32,000 bases of DNA from a bacterium. GTDB lineage: Bacteria > UBP7 > UBA6624 > JBBIMK01. A program made the position numbers and the translations under genes. The stretch lies in the NCBI GenBank assembly GCA_037444445.1, contig JBBIMK010000005.1, positions 60,001 to 92,000 on the forward strand, written 5' to 3'. Below, piece by piece: positions 1 through 9,927 of the stretch (the first letter of the stretch is position 1; every line of letters begins with the position of its first letter). A model generated the notes under the pieces. It saw only the letters and a program-made list of their open reading frames with translations, did not search any database and was not told the DNA's origin.

Positions 1-588
1 GGGAGCACTCACGCGGGTGAAGAAGAGATTTTACTGCAAGCCTTTCAAGAGGTCCGGCACAGATTTCCCCAGGCTGTGCTGATTCTGGCACCCCGACACC
101 CGGAAAGAGCTTCTGAAATCCTCTCTCTGGCACACGCCACGGGATTTCGCATTCTCCAGCGGAGTGCTAACCTGTCCGATTCTTCCCAGGAGCAGGGAAA
201 GAATTCTTTTCCAGCCATTTTACTTCTGGATACTGTAGGAGAGTTGTTGAGCGCCTACGCTCTGGCAGATGTGTGCGTGGTGGGAGGGAGTTTCATTTCT
301 CGGGGGGGTCATAATCCACTGGAGCCGGCATCTTTTCAGAAGCCCGTGTTATTCGGACCTTCTATGGAGAACTTTCGGGAATCCGCATCCCTGCTACTGA
401 ATGAGGGAGGAGCCCGATGCATCCAGAGTGCCTCGGCACTTTCCACCACACTCCTGACTTTACTCTCCCAGCCGGAGACCCTTCAAGAAATGGGGGAAAA
501 GGCCTTTCGCTCCGTATCCCGTTATCAGGGCGCTTCACGGAGAATCCTACAAGAATTACAGGTTTATTTATCGGGGGGTCCGGGATGA
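1..588 (+). CDS. waaA: 3-deoxy-D-manno-octulosonic acid (Kdo) transferase, C-terminal part (5' end lies outside the window)
   Basis: Frame 1 is open from base 1. The translation GSTHAGEEEILLQAF...LILAPRHPER...LLLDTVGELLSAYALADVCVVGGSF...GGHNPLEPA resembles the conserved C-terminal half of KdtA/WaaA. The TGA stop at 586-588 overlaps the next start (ATGA). Confidence 0.85.
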   Translation, partial: GSTHAGEEEILLQAFQEVRHRFPQAVLILAPRHPERASEILSLAHATGFRILQRSANLSDSSQEQGKNSFPAILLLDTVGELLSAYALADVCVVGGSFISRGGHNPLEPASFQKPVLFGPSMENFRESASLLLNEGGARCIQSASALSTTLLTLLSQPETLQEMGEKAFRSVSRYQGASRRILQELQVYLSGGPG

Positions 589-1793
589 AGGCAGAATCTT
601 TTGAGCAGGCGGTTCAACGGCCTCGCAGTCCTACTTTTCTTCCCTTTTTTAAGCCCGGGATAGGAAAGGAGGAGGAAGCGGAAGTTCTGGGGGTATTACG
701 GTCAGGGTGGTTGACCACGGGAGAGAGGGTTCAGCATTTTGAACAGGAATTGCGAAAATATCTGGGGGGTCAAGAGGTTTTTGCGGTTTCCTCCTGCACC
801 GCCGCTCTTCACCTGGCTCTGGATATTCTGAATGTCCAGCCTGGAGATGAAGTGCTGACCACGCCATTCACTTTCGCATCCACGGTGAATGTGATTTTGC
901 ATCGGGGTGCAACGCCGGTGTTCGTAGATATATCACCGGATGACTTGAATCTGGATGTTTCGCAAATCCCTGCCCGCATCACACCCAGAACCCGGGTGCT
1001 TCTACCGGTTCATTTCTCGGGCTATCCAGCCCGGATGGATGACCTGCTTTCTATGGCGAAAAAGCAGTCTCTCGTGGTGGTGGAAGATGCCGCTCACGCC
1101 TTCGGTGCTCAATATGACGGCAAGGCCATCGGCACTTTTGGGCATCTCACCTGCTTTTCCTTTTATGTCAATAAGAATCTCACCACCGGAGAGGGAGGTG
1201 CCATAGCCACGAACAGGAAAAAGTGGGGGGAAGCATTGCGGATTCGCCGCAATCACGGAATGTCCGCCTCCGCTTATGAGCGGGAGGGCGGTCCCCCCGG
1301 GTTCGGATACGATGTCCTCTATCCGGGATATAAATACAATCTTTCCGATTTACATGCCGCCATAGGAATTCATCAACTCCAGCGTTTTTCATCTTTCCAG
1401 GCCCGAAGGAAAGCCCTCGCCAGCCTGTATACCCGCTCGTTTCAAACCTTTCCCGGGATTACCCTGCCATTTCGCGATCTCTCCCGTCACCAAACTTCCT
1501 GGTATCTTTATGTTATCCTTTTGAATCTGGAGGAACTGACCGTAGACCGGGATGAATTTATGAGGCTATTGCGGGATGAGAATGTGGGGTCGGCAGTTCA
1601 CTATAAGCCAGTTCACCTATTTCGGTTTTATCGGAAAGCCCTCCCTTACAGAGAAGGAGACTTTCCCGTGGCAGAATCGGTCTATCGGCGAATTCTTTCC
1701 CTTCCACTCTATCCTATGATGACCGAGGAAGATGCGATGAATGTGGTAGGTGCTGTGGCGAGGGTCATAAAGCGAACCCTCCGAAGGAAATAG
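585..1793 (+). CDS. DegT/DnrJ/EryC1/StrS-family PLP-dependent sugar aminotransferase
   Basis: I chose the internal ATG at 585 (MKAESFEQ...) because it overlaps the waaA stop. The upstream part of the 417-start ORF lies inside waaA. Family-typical segments are present: FLPFFKPGIGKEEEAEVLGVLRSGWLTTG, AVSSCTAALHLAL, VEDAAHAFGA, and SFYVNKNLTTGEGG with the putative PLP lysine. Confidence 0.85.
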   Translation: MKAESFEQAVQRPRSPTFLPFFKPGIGKEEEAEVLGVLRSGWLTTGERVQHFEQELRKYLGGQEVFAVSSCTAALHLALDILNVQPGDEVLTTPFTFASTVNVILHRGATPVFVDISPDDLNLDVSQIPARITPRTRVLLPVHFSGYPARMDDLLSMAKKQSLVVVEDAAHAFGAQYDGKAIGTFGHLTCFSFYVNKNLTTGEGGAIATNRKKWGEALRIRRNHGMSASAYEREGGPPGFGYDVLYPGYKYNLSDLHAAIGIHQLQRFSSFQARRKALASLYTRSFQTFPGITLPFRDLSRHQTSWYLYVILLNLEELTVDRDEFMRLLRDENVGSAVHYKPVHLFRFYRKALPYREGDFPVAESVYRRILSLPLYPMMTEEDAMNVVGAVARVIKRTLRRK

Positions 1794-1796
1794 AGC

Positions 1797-2210
1797 GTGA
1801 AATCTTCCTCCCGTTTTCATCTGGCACGCAGACGTGAACCCCGCTTCCCTGTGAGTGTGCCAGCAACCCTCACCACTTTTGCAGAAAACATGGAGCCCCG
1901 CCAGGTTCTCTATGGGGTGACGAAGGATATAAGCCGAGAAGGAACTCTCCTGGCCTTCTCCTCTCCTCCCCCTTTGCAAATTGGTGAATTTGTGAAAGTG
2001 GAATTGCAATTATCGTCTTCCGTGCTCCATTTTTATGGAAGGGTAATTCGTATTCGGCCTGCAGAAAGCGAGGAAATTCCCGAAACTCTCATTCATCTTC
2101 ACTTTACTATTCTGGAGGAATCCTCAATAAAATATCTGCAAAGTCTTCTCACTTCGGAAGTCAAACCGGCAGGAAAGGATATGGATTCAGAATTGAAGCG
2201 AGGCGAGTGA
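1797..2210 (+). CDS. stand-alone PilZ-domain protein (predicted c-di-GMP receptor)
   Basis: GTG start 3 nt after the upstream stop. The N-terminal RRREPR matches the PilZ RxxxR motif, and DISREG about 30 residues later matches the D/NxSxxG motif. Confidence 0.7.
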   Translation: MKSSSRFHLARRREPRFPVSVPATLTTFAENMEPRQVLYGVTKDISREGTLLAFSSPPPLQIGEFVKVELQLSSSVLHFYGRVIRIRPAESEEIPETLIHLHFTILEESSIKYLQSLLTSEVKPAGKDMDSELKRGE

Positions 2211-2211
2211 C

Positions 2212-3471
2212 ATGAAGGAGATTTTATACGGTTGTTTCATTGAAGAGAAGGACCCTGCAATTTATGGAGCGATTCAGGGGGAACTCACCCGAATTCGCAC
2301 CACGCTGGAACTCATTGCATCAGAGAATTACCCTTCTCTGGCAGTGTTGGGGGCTATGGGGAGCATCTTGACTGCCAAGTATGCGGAGGGGTATCCGGGG
2401 AAACGGTATTACGGCGGATGTCAGTTTGTGGATGTGGCAGAAGAGTTGGCGAGAGAAAGGGCAAAAAGCCTGTTTCACGCGGAGCATGCCAATGTTCAAC
2501 CCCATTCAGGCACGCAGATGAATATGGCGGTGTATTTCACCTTCTTAAATCCAGGAGATACCATCATGACCCTTCGGCTGGACCACGGGGGACATCTGTC
2601 GCACGGACATTCCGTGAACTTTTCAGGGAGATTCTACCGCGTGGTTCATTATGGTGTGACGCCGGACACGGAACTGATAGATATGAATGAAGTTCGGGAG
2701 AAGGCAAAGGAATCCCATCCCAAACTGATTATGGTGGGATATACGGCGTATTCTCGTTCCATAGATTTCCAGGCTTTTCGGGAGATAGCGGATGAAGTGG
2801 GAGCAGTTTTGGTGGCGGACATAGCGCACCCGGCTGGATTGATAGCGGCGGGGATATATTCCGACCCGATTCCCCATTGCGAGGTGGTTACTGCCACGAC
2901 ACATAAAACCCTGCGGGGTCCCCGGGGCGGGCTGATTTTATGCAAGAAGGAGTTCGCAAAACGGATTGACCGGGCAGTCTTTCCAGAAACCCAGGGTGGT
3001 CCGTTTATGCACATCATCGCCGCCAAAGCGGTTGCCTTCCAGGAAGCCCTTCAGCCTTCCTTCACTGTCTACCAGGTTCAAACTCTTCAGAACGCCCGGA
3101 CTTTAGCCCGTGCCCTGGCCGAAGAAGGATTGCGTATTGTTTCCGGAGGAACCGACAATCATCTTTTTTTAGTGGATTTACGCCCACTGAATATCACGGG
3201 GAAAGAGGCGGAAACCCTCCTGGAATCAGCGGGAATAACCGTGAATAAGAACACCATACCCTATGACCCTCAGCCGCCGGCTGTAGCCAGTGGAATACGC
3301 ATTGGAACACCTGCGGTTACCACGAGGGGGATGAAGGAGTCGGAGATGCGGCAAATTGCCCGATGGATTGCGAGAGTGCTATCCAGTAAAGATTTGCAGG
3401 TTGCTCACCAGGTTCGTAAGGAGGTGGCTGAAGTGTGCGAACAGTTTCCCCTCTACCCGGAACTGGAATAA
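2212..3471 (+). CDS. glyA: serine hydroxymethyltransferase
   Basis: [52 protein letters not shown] (PLP-lysine region) and full-length collinearity with GlyA. The ATG lies 1 nt after the PilZ stop. Confidence 0.95.
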   Translation: MKEILYGCFIEEKDPAIYGAIQGELTRIRTTLELIASENYPSLAVLGAMGSILTAKYAEGYPGKRYYGGCQFVDVAEELARERAKSLFHAEHANVQPHSGTQMNMAVYFTFLNPGDTIMTLRLDHGGHLSHGHSVNFSGRFYRVVHYGVTPDTELIDMNEVREKAKESHPKLIMVGYTAYSRSIDFQAFREIADEVGAVLVADIAHPAGLIAAGIYSDPIPHCEVVTATTHKTLRGPRGGLILCKKEFAKRIDRAVFPETQGGPFMHIIAAKAVAFQEALQPSFTVYQVQTLQNARTLARALAEEGLRIVSGGTDNHLFLVDLRPLNITGKEAETLLESAGITVNKNTIPYDPQPPAVASGIRIGTPAVTTRGMKESEMRQIARWIARVLSSKDLQVAHQVRKEVAEVCEQFPLYPELE

Positions 3472-3497
3472 ATTGGAATCCTCAGGGGAGTGTGGAT

Positions 3498-4025
3498 ATG
3501 CCAAATCCTCCGGCGCTTCCGTGCGGTGTTCGGTACCAGCCTCTACTCTTATCGTTGGGGTCAAATACCTCTTTACTCCATGACGACCCCCTGAGCCCCC
3601 TTCGGCGAGGTGTGTATATACTCCAGCGTCGCGGTCTTATGGTGCTGGAAATGTCCAATGTATATCTCACAGAACCGTGGGGACCCCTGCAAACCCAGCG
3701 ATGGTTTTATAACATTGCTATCCTCACGGAAAGCTCTCTGGAGCCCTACGCTCTCCTGAATCTTGTCAAGGAGACGGAAAAAGAAGCCGGTCGCCTCGTT
3801 TCCTCCCAGCGGTGGGGACCCAGAGAAATTGATATTGACATCGTTCTGTATGGTAATTATGTGGTAAAGACTCCGGAATTGACCATTCCCCATAAGTATA
3901 TGACAGAACGGCTCTTCGTTTTAGAGCCTCTATGCGAGATTGCACCCAATTATGTCCATCCCGTATTCAAAAGAACCGTGCGTGAATTATATGAAGACGC
4001 AGTTATCCGAGGCGTTTACCCCTGA
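3498..4025 (+). CDS. folK: 2-amino-4-hydroxy-6-hydroxymethyldihydropteridine diphosphokinase (HPPK)
   Basis: LLLSLGSN...MSNVYLTEPWG...RWGPREIDIDIVLYG...LTIPHKYMTERLFVLEPLCEI is the HPPK signature pattern. I chose the ATG at 3498, which is preceded by GGGGAG at 3485-3490. The ORF-track start at 3435 overlaps glyA. Confidence 0.85.
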   Translation: MPNPPALPCGVRYQPLLLSLGSNTSLLHDDPLSPLRRGVYILQRRGLMVLEMSNVYLTEPWGPLQTQRWFYNIAILTESSLEPYALLNLVKETEKEAGRLVSSQRWGPREIDIDIVLYGNYVVKTPELTIPHKYMTERLFVLEPLCEIAPNYVHPVFKRTVRELYEDAVIRGVYP

Positions 4026-4029
4026 GCCA

Positions 4030-4056
4030 TAAAAATAATGACACCTTTTGGGGTCA
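4030..4056 (-). terminator. possible intrinsic terminator of the hybrid kinase gene
   Basis: On the minus strand the sequence reads TGACCCC-AAAA-GGTGTCA. This is a 7-bp stem with one mismatch, followed by TTATTTTTAT, and it lies directly downstream of the stop at 4074. The stem is weak. Confidence 0.4.
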
Positions 4057-4073
4057 GGCACCAAACTATGACA

Positions 4074-6851
4074 TTATTTTGAAATCTCGGCGGCAGGGGC
4101 AAGGTCCAGGATGCCCCGCACCTTCAACAGGAGGTCTTCGTGGTCAAAAGGCTTCTGCAGGAAGCCCTGAACCCTGGCGCGGAGGGACTGCTGCTCTTCC
4201 GATTCCTGGCTATAACCGGTAATCACCAGAATTTTCATCTCTGGACGGATATGACGAACCACATCCACCACTTCTTCTCCACTCATTTCAGGCATCACGA
4301 GGTCTACTACCATAAGGTCAATGGAGTCCCGGTTCAGTAGGAAGATGTCCACCGCTTCCTTCCCATTCTTCGCCGCGAGGACACGATACCCTTTGGACTG
4401 CAGAATTTCTTTGAGAAGATTGCGAAGGACTGCTTCGTCATCCGCCACGAGGACAGTTTCCGACCCCCCGGGAATTTCCACAGGGGGAGGCACTTTCACT
4501 TCTGCCGGGCGCTCAGCGATAGGGAGATAAATCAGAAAGGTGCTACCTTTTCCCTGTTCACTGCGGACTTCAATGGTGCCGCCATGGTTTTTCACCACGC
4601 CGTAAGCCACGGCAAGCCCCAGCCCCGTTCCACTGGGCTTGGTGCTGAAGAAGGGTTCAAAAATCCGGTCCCTCATCTCTTCGGGTATACCCACCCCAGT
4701 GTCCGAGATAGAAATGCGAAGATAATCTCGCTCCTTTAATCTCAGAGTGCTCCGAAGGCGGTCTATGGGAATGAACCGGGTTTCCACGGTCAGAGTTCCG
4801 CCATCGGGCATGGCATCCCTGGCATTCAAACAGATGTTCAACAGGGATTGTTGAATCTGAGCCTCATCCCCTTCTATGTGAGGGTGAGAAGCATCCAGAT
4901 GCATAACGATGGAGATATTTTTGGGGAAAGTGCGGGTGAGAATAGCCTTCACCTGGTCTAAAACGGTGTGGAGATTAAAGATTTTCACTTCTGCTTTTCT
5001 GCTTCTGGCGAAGGCGAGGAGTTGCTGAGTGAGGTCAGCGCCCTTTCTTGCAGTGGATTCAATGAGTTCCACATGGGAGTAAATTTCCGAGCCCGGGGTG
5101 AGTTTGCTCTTCACCAGGCTGGCGAAGCCGAGGATACCTGCGAGGATATTATTAAAGTCATGGGCCACGCCTCCGGCGAGAGTGCCCAGGCTTTCCATCT
5201 TCTGGGAGTGGAACAACTGCTCTTCCAGGGCTTTTCGCTCGGTGATGTCGCGGAGAATGGCGCGAATCATTCGGGGATGGTCAGGAGTTCCTGATATCAA
5301 CGAGGCGCTCATTATCACATCCATGGACTCGCCGTTGGATTTGACCATCTGGAGTTCCACGCCCTCTATCTTCTGGAAGTTGAGAATTTTCTGCAGAGCG
5401 TCCCGATGGGCGATGCGAGAAGCAGGCGTCAGGAATTTTTCTATCGGCTGACCGATGAGATGCTCTTTCCGATAGCCCAGTTTGCCAGCCTCCGTTATGT
5501 TACAGGAAAGGATAATTCCCCTGTCATCCAGGCTGTGATACATATCGGGGGCATGCTCATACAGGTCCAAATATCGCTGCTCAGATAGAATGGCATTCTG
5601 ATACAGACGCGCTTGAAAAATGGCGGAGGCAACCCCACTGGCGAAAAGCGACATAATTTCTTCATCTTCCACGGAGAAGGGCTTGCCGTCTTCTCGGTCC
5701 GCCACATATAGCAAGCCCAAAACCGTGTCATTATACCGGAGACAAGAACCCAGAAAATGGTTCATCACAGGATGGTGAGGAGGAAAGCCAGTAAACCCTG
5801 GTTGGCTGGAGATGTTTTCCAGCCGTAGAGGAGTGGTACACACTTTCAGAGCCCCAAGAATCCCCCGGTTACGCGGCCTCTGGGTCAAGGATGGCAGGAT
5901 GGTTTCATCTATCCCACTGGTGAGAAACTCTTCCAGTTGCCCCTTGTTGTTAAATATCTGGAGCGCAGAATAGCGAGTGGAGAATAAATCCCGGGTCCTT
6001 TCCACCACCTGTTTTGCCAGTTCTTTCGGGTCCGTGCTGAGAGCATGAAGAATGTCGTAGACTTGAAGGAGGCGAGTAGACTTTCGGGATAGATATTGTA
6101 GGGCACTTTCCAGTTCCGAAATGATTGCCCGGGCTTCTATCGGGGGTCCCAGTTCGTTTCCTACCCGGCTGAGAAAAGACACGGTGGGGAGGGAAAAAAT
6201 ATACCCGGAAGAGACAAAGAAACTCAAGGCACCAATGGGCTTCTCTATTCCTTTCAATGGCACGCTTCCGAACTGAATCAGGTCCTCATGTGCCGGTGCC
6301 TTCCTGCGGGTATCCTGAATGTAATTCTGAACAAAAACAGGCTCCCCGGTCTGAAGACACATCGCTTCCAAACAGGGGTCTTCTCCAAGTTCCTGTAACG
6401 CTTCTGCCTGAGGGGCCGGGAGATTCCAGTGAGCCACCAGCCGGAATCGGTTTTCTTCTTTCTCCCGGAGATGAAGGTAGACTGCAAAAAAATTCAACTC
6501 TTTCTGGAGGGCCTGGCAAATCTTGTTTAATGCCTCGGAAAAGGGAATGGAAGAATAAAGGAAAGATTCCAGATAAGAAAGCAAGGTCCGATGATATAAC
6601 TCTTCCTTCTGGCTTTCCATCATCCGGAATGTATCATTCACAACTACCGTGAGTTCATCCAGGTCCGCCTGTTTTACGGTGGGTAATGGGGAGAAATCCT
6701 TCTTCTCCACTCTGTTTCGGAGAGTGTGAACAAATTCTTTTAAGATTTCCTTCCATTTCTTACGGGTAAAGGAGGAAAGAAGAAAAAATGCCAGGGCAAA
6801 ACCGATAATAAACCCGATAACTACCCCACTATATCCAGTTACAACTGCCAT
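4074..6851 (-). CDS. membrane-anchored GAF/PAS hybrid sensor histidine kinase with C-terminal receiver
   Basis: There is an N-terminal TM helix (VVIGFIIGFALAFFLL), two GAF-like regions and a PAS segment (YEHAPDMYHSLDDRGIILSCN). The H-box is GGVAHDFNNIL, the N box NARDAM, the G boxes DTGVGI and GTGLGLA. The receiver carries VLVADDE...MVVDLVMPEMSG...ILVITGY. Confidence 0.9.
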   Translation of the reverse strand: MAVVTGYSGVVIGFIIGFALAFFLLSSFTRKKWKEILKEFVHTLRNRVEKKDFSPLPTVKQADLDELTVVVNDTFRMMESQKEELYHRTLLSYLESFLYSSIPFSEALNKICQALQKELNFFAVYLHLREKEENRFRLVAHWNLPAPQAEALQELGEDPCLEAMCLQTGEPVFVQNYIQDTRRKAPAHEDLIQFGSVPLKGIEKPIGALSFFVSSGYIFSLPTVSFLSRVGNELGPPIEARAIISELESALQYLSRKSTRLLQVYDILHALSTDPKELAKQVVERTRDLFSTRYSALQIFNNKGQLEEFLTSGIDETILPSLTQRPRNRGILGALKVCTTPLRLENISSQPGFTGFPPHHPVMNHFLGSCLRYNDTVLGLLYVADREDGKPFSVEDEEIMSLFASGVASAIFQARLYQNAILSEQRYLDLYEHAPDMYHSLDDRGIILSCNITEAGKLGYRKEHLIGQPIEKFLTPASRIAHRDALQKILNFQKIEGVELQMVKSNGESMDVIMSASLISGTPDHPRMIRAILRDITERKALEEQLFHSQKMESLGTLAGGVAHDFNNILAGILGFASLVKSKLTPGSEIYSHVELIESTARKGADLTQQLLAFARSRKAEVKIFNLHTVLDQVKAILTRTFPKNISIVMHLDASHPHIEGDEAQIQQSLLNICLNARDAMPDGGTLTVETRFIPIDRLRSTLRLKERDYLRISISDTGVGIPEEMRDRIFEPFFSTKPSGTGLGLAVAYGVVKNHGGTIEVRSEQGKGSTFLIYLPIAERPAEVKVPPPVEIPGGSETVLVADDEAVLRNLLKEILQSKGYRVLAAKNGKEAVDIFLLNRDSIDLMVVDLVMPEMSGEEVVDVVRHIRPEMKILVITGYSQESEEQQSLRARVQGFLQKPFDHEDLLLKVRGILDLAPAAEISK

Positions 6852-6903
6852 TTATATTTCACTCTTACTTTATGTATATTCCGGTGCCTGATGGCATAAA
6901 ATA

Positions 6904-6933
6904 AGTATAGTGCAAAAGGGATGCACCTGTCAA
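6904..6933 (-). promoter_or_regulatory. sigma70-like promoter for the hybrid kinase gene
   Basis: On the minus strand there is TTGACA (6933-6928), an 18-nt spacer, then TATACT (6909-6904). This lies about 55 nt upstream of the ATG at 6851. Confidence 0.5.
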
Positions 6934-7071
6934 GAAAAATGAGGAGTAGGCACCATTCTGAATCCTGAGTCAATTCAAATCCTCCGGAGCCAGAATTTCA
7001 AACATGGGCCCGTTTCGGATGTGGCTCGGGTGGGGGGAGGGAAAAGAGAAGCGAATCCACTGGCGTTTTTG

Positions 7072-8232
7072 TCAGGAGGAAACGAAAAGGCGGGGAATCC
7101 GCTTCCCGAGGGCGCAGAGAACTTCGTAAGGGATGGAATTAGCCCAGTGAGCCAGTTCCCAGGCATCTACACCTTCTCCGAGAATCGTCACCTCATCTCC
7201 GACCTTCACGCCGGGAATAGTGGTAACATCCACGGCAGTAAAATCCATGCTCACATTCCCGAGGACAGGGGCCTTTTGACCCAGGAGGCGCATCCATCCC
7301 TTACCTGAAAAAGCCCGGCTGTATCCATCCGCATAACCGATAGGAATGATGGCAATTTTCGTGGGGGCAGAGGCTTGAAACCGATGCCCATATCCACATC
7401 CTTCCCCCTTCTTTAATTCTTTCACCTGAATTACCCGGGCTTTTACTGACATAACCGGGGCGAGAGGCAGGCTATAATTCAGGTTTGGAATCGGATTTAT
7501 GCCGTATAAGAGGATACCCAGGCGCACCTGGTCTGCCCAGGTTTCTTTCCACCGTAAAGTAGCCGCAGAATTGGCCATGTGCAGAGCGATGGTGGAGCGA
7601 TTTTTCCCCAGAAAGGGAGCCACCAAAGTTTGGAAGGTTCTCACCTGCTGGCGAGTGAACTCTTCATCACAATCTGCCTTCGGAAAGTGAGTAAAAATCC
7701 CTTTCACACCGGCGCCGGAAATTTCAAGGATTTCCCGAAGGAAAGTGGTGGCTTCGCCCGCCTGGACGCCCAGTCTTCCCATGCCGGTGTCCAGTTTTGC
7801 CTGAACCTGCAGAATCTTTCCATCTCTGCGGAGAGCCATCAATTCCTCCTGAAATTCCTGCAACATTTCAACGCTGAAGAGTGTTTGCTGAAGATTATAG
7901 TGATAAATCTCCCGGACGGCGCGCGGGGAAGTGTACCCCAGGGTAAGGATTTCGCCTCTCACACCATTTTCCCGGAGTTCAATGGCTTCATCCAGAGAGG
8001 CAACGCCAAAGGAGCGGATGCCCTCTGCTTCCAGAGTTTTTGCAATTTCTACTGCGCCATGACCATAGGCTTCCGCCTTTACGATGGCTAAAATCTCCGT
8101 TTCTCCATTCAGGAACTTTCGGATATTCCGGAGGTTCTGGCGGAGGGCATTCAGGCTGATTTCTGCCCAAACGGGCCGATGTGTAGAAATAGAAAGTTCG
8201 CTCTGGGTTTCCACTCCATTGACCGATTTCAT
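7072..8232 (-). CDS. alr: alanine racemase
   Basis: RPVWAEISLNALRQNLRNIR...AIVKAEAYGHGA (PLP-lysine motif)...MANSAA...GYADGY...VSMD is collinear with Alr. I chose the internal ATG at 8232 (MKSVNG...) because the longer ORF overlaps the end of nnr. Confidence 0.9.
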   Translation of the reverse strand: MKSVNGVETQSELSISTHRPVWAEISLNALRQNLRNIRKFLNGETEILAIVKAEAYGHGAVEIAKTLEAEGIRSFGVASLDEAIELRENGVRGEILTLGYTSPRAVREIYHYNLQQTLFSVEMLQEFQEELMALRRDGKILQVQAKLDTGMGRLGVQAGEATTFLREILEISGAGVKGIFTHFPKADCDEEFTRQQVRTFQTLVAPFLGKNRSTIALHMANSAATLRWKETWADQVRLGILLYGINPIPNLNYSLPLAPVMSVKARVIQVKELKKGEGCGYGHRFQASAPTKIAIIPIGYADGYSRAFSGKGWMRLLGQKAPVLGNVSMDFTAVDVTTIPGVKVGDEVTILGEGVDAWELAHWANSIPYEVLCALGKRIPRLFVSS

Positions 8233-8251
8233 CTTGCTTATCAGGACTAAT

Positions 8252-9823
8252 TCAACTCTCCCTTTCCAAATTGAAGAGGACTCTGGGGATTTCCAGCAGG
8301 AGGTCAGAGGCAATGAGGGAGCGTGGGGTTTTTCTTGCTGCCGCCCGGTCACCAGCCAGACCGTGGAGGAAAACCGCCAGAGTGGCTGCAACCTCCGCCC
8401 CTAATCCCTCTGCCAGAAGAGTGCCCACCATCCCGCTGAGGACATCCCCCACGCCTCCGGATGCCATACCGGCGTTTCCTGAGGAGTTGATAAAGACTTT
8501 GCCGTCCGGGGTACCGATGGTCGTTCGGGCGCCCTTGAAAACCACCACACCACCGGATTCCTGCGAGGCTTTCTTTGTCCATTCCAGCCGTTCTTTCTCC
8601 AGAATATCCGGAGGAACACCCAACAAGCGTGAAAGTTCCCCTGCATGGGGCGTGAGAACAAATTTCACCCCTACCCGTTTTAAGGCTTTTATACCCTCGC
8701 CTTTACCTTTTAGCCCTTCACCTGAGCGAAAAGCGAAGAGGCCATCGGCATCCAGGATGAAGGGCTTTTGTGCGTTGAGCACTATTCGGCGAATCAGTGT
8801 TTGAGTTTCCGGATGCCTGCCCACGCCTGGTCCAATCACGAGGGCATCTGCCCATCTTTCCTGCTCTTTCAGAGGCTCCCACGCTTTTAGCCCGATATGC
8901 CCTTTCTCACATTCCGGGAGGGGAAGTTTCATCACTTCTACCAGACGTCTGGCGAAGACAGGATGGAGGCTTTCCGGGAATGCAATGACTGCGAGGCCTG
9001 CTCCCGTTCGGATAGCGGCTCTGGATGCTAACTCTCCTGCTCCCGTCAACCCGGTGCTCCCGCAAACCAGCAGAACTTTCCCGCATTCTCCCTTGTGAAC
9101 CCAGGGCTTTCGTTTGGGGAGTGCCATCTGTGCCCATTCTCGGGTAATAAAATACCGGTGAATATTCTCCGTCAGAGAATCTGGATAACCGAGGGGTGCC
9201 ACGACTACATCACCACAGTAGGTGGCGCCCGGGTAAAGAATCAAGCCAGGCTTCAAAAAGCCCATAGTTACCGTTACATCAGCACGAACGGCTTCTAACA
9301 TGGGGCGACCTGTGTCGGCATTCAGCCCGCTCGGTATATCCACACTCACCACAAGGCACCCCTGCTCGTGTAAGTGGCAAACGGTGCGTATCGCCGATAA
9401 TGCGAGCCCTCTTACCTCACCCCGGATTCCCACTCCGAGGATTGCATCCACAATTCCTGAAACTCCCTCACAGGCTTTTTGCCAGTGGGCATAGGTATAA
9501 ACAGGGATTCCATGAGCGTGCACCCAGGAGAGATTTTGACGAGCAGGACCCGAAAAATCTTCCTCCTCTGCCGTGAGAATAACTCGTGCTTCTCCTCCTA
9601 ACATTTTTATCCATCGGGAAGCGCAGAGGCCATCACCCCCGTTATTTCCCTTTCCCGCAAAAACAGCCACCTTCCTTCCTTTCCTTTCCTCTTTCAGGCG
9701 GTGAAGTATCGTTTCTGCCACCGCTTTGCCTGCGTTCTCCATCAATACCTCTACGGGAATACCCACTTCCTTTCGGGCTCGCTCATCCACTTCCCTCATT
9801 TCATCCGTCATCAAAACTTTCAT
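8252..9823 (-). CDS. nnr: bifunctional NAD(P)H-hydrate epimerase / ADP-dependent dehydratase
   Basis: The N-terminal YjeF_N-like part contains VLMENAGKAVAE...VFAGKGNNGGDG. The C-terminal carbohydrate-kinase-like part contains GECGKVLLVCGS...LTPHAGE...SGGVGDVLSG. Confidence 0.9.
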   Translation of the reverse strand: MKVLMTDEMREVDERARKEVGIPVEVLMENAGKAVAETILHRLKEERKGRKVAVFAGKGNNGGDGLCASRWIKMLGGEARVILTAEEEDFSGPARQNLSWVHAHGIPVYTYAHWQKACEGVSGIVDAILGVGIRGEVRGLALSAIRTVCHLHEQGCLVVSVDIPSGLNADTGRPMLEAVRADVTVTMGFLKPGLILYPGATYCGDVVVAPLGYPDSLTENIHRYFITREWAQMALPKRKPWVHKGECGKVLLVCGSTGLTGAGELASRAAIRTGAGLAVIAFPESLHPVFARRLVEVMKLPLPECEKGHIGLKAWEPLKEQERWADALVIGPGVGRHPETQTLIRRIVLNAQKPFILDADGLFAFRSGEGLKGKGEGIKALKRVGVKFVLTPHAGELSRLLGVPPDILEKERLEWTKKASQESGGVVVFKGARTTIGTPDGKVFINSSGNAGMASGGVGDVLSGMVGTLLAEGLGAEVAATLAVFLHGLAGDRAAARKTPRSLIASDLLLEIPRVLFNLERES

Positions 9824-9913
9824 TTGCCTTCCCTTCTACAATTATACACTCCCTCCACTGAATTGAAATTTTCCCTTCCTTTCTATTCCGCCCTCGCCTG
9901 TCCTTCGCCACCT

Positions 9914-9927
9914 TGCAAAATTTTGCA
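9914..9927. promoter_or_regulatory. perfect 14-bp palindrome TGCAAAATTTTGCA (candidate operator)
   Basis: Read directly from the sequence. It extends to an 18/20 palindrome, CCTTGCAAAATTTTGCAGGG. It sits about 90 bp upstream of the nnr start, inside a 440-bp noncoding gap. Confidence 0.3.

Noticed and set aside
417-584. N-terminal extensions proposed by the ORF track (417-584, 3435-3497, 8233-8391, 21392-21475, 22310-22363, 26345-26452)
   Set aside because: Each extension overlaps the upstream gene or lacks an RBS. In each case an internal start has a Shine-Dalgarno sequence, a stop/start overlap or a signal peptide immediately after it. The shorter starts were used.
4032-4080. Long-range AT-rich pairing of AAAATAATG with CATTATTTT around the folK/kinase convergence
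   Set aside because: The 9-bp all-A/T stem has a 31-nt loop and partly lies inside the kinase coding end. It is unlikely to be stable. Only the inner GC-containing hairpin was kept, as a weak terminator call.
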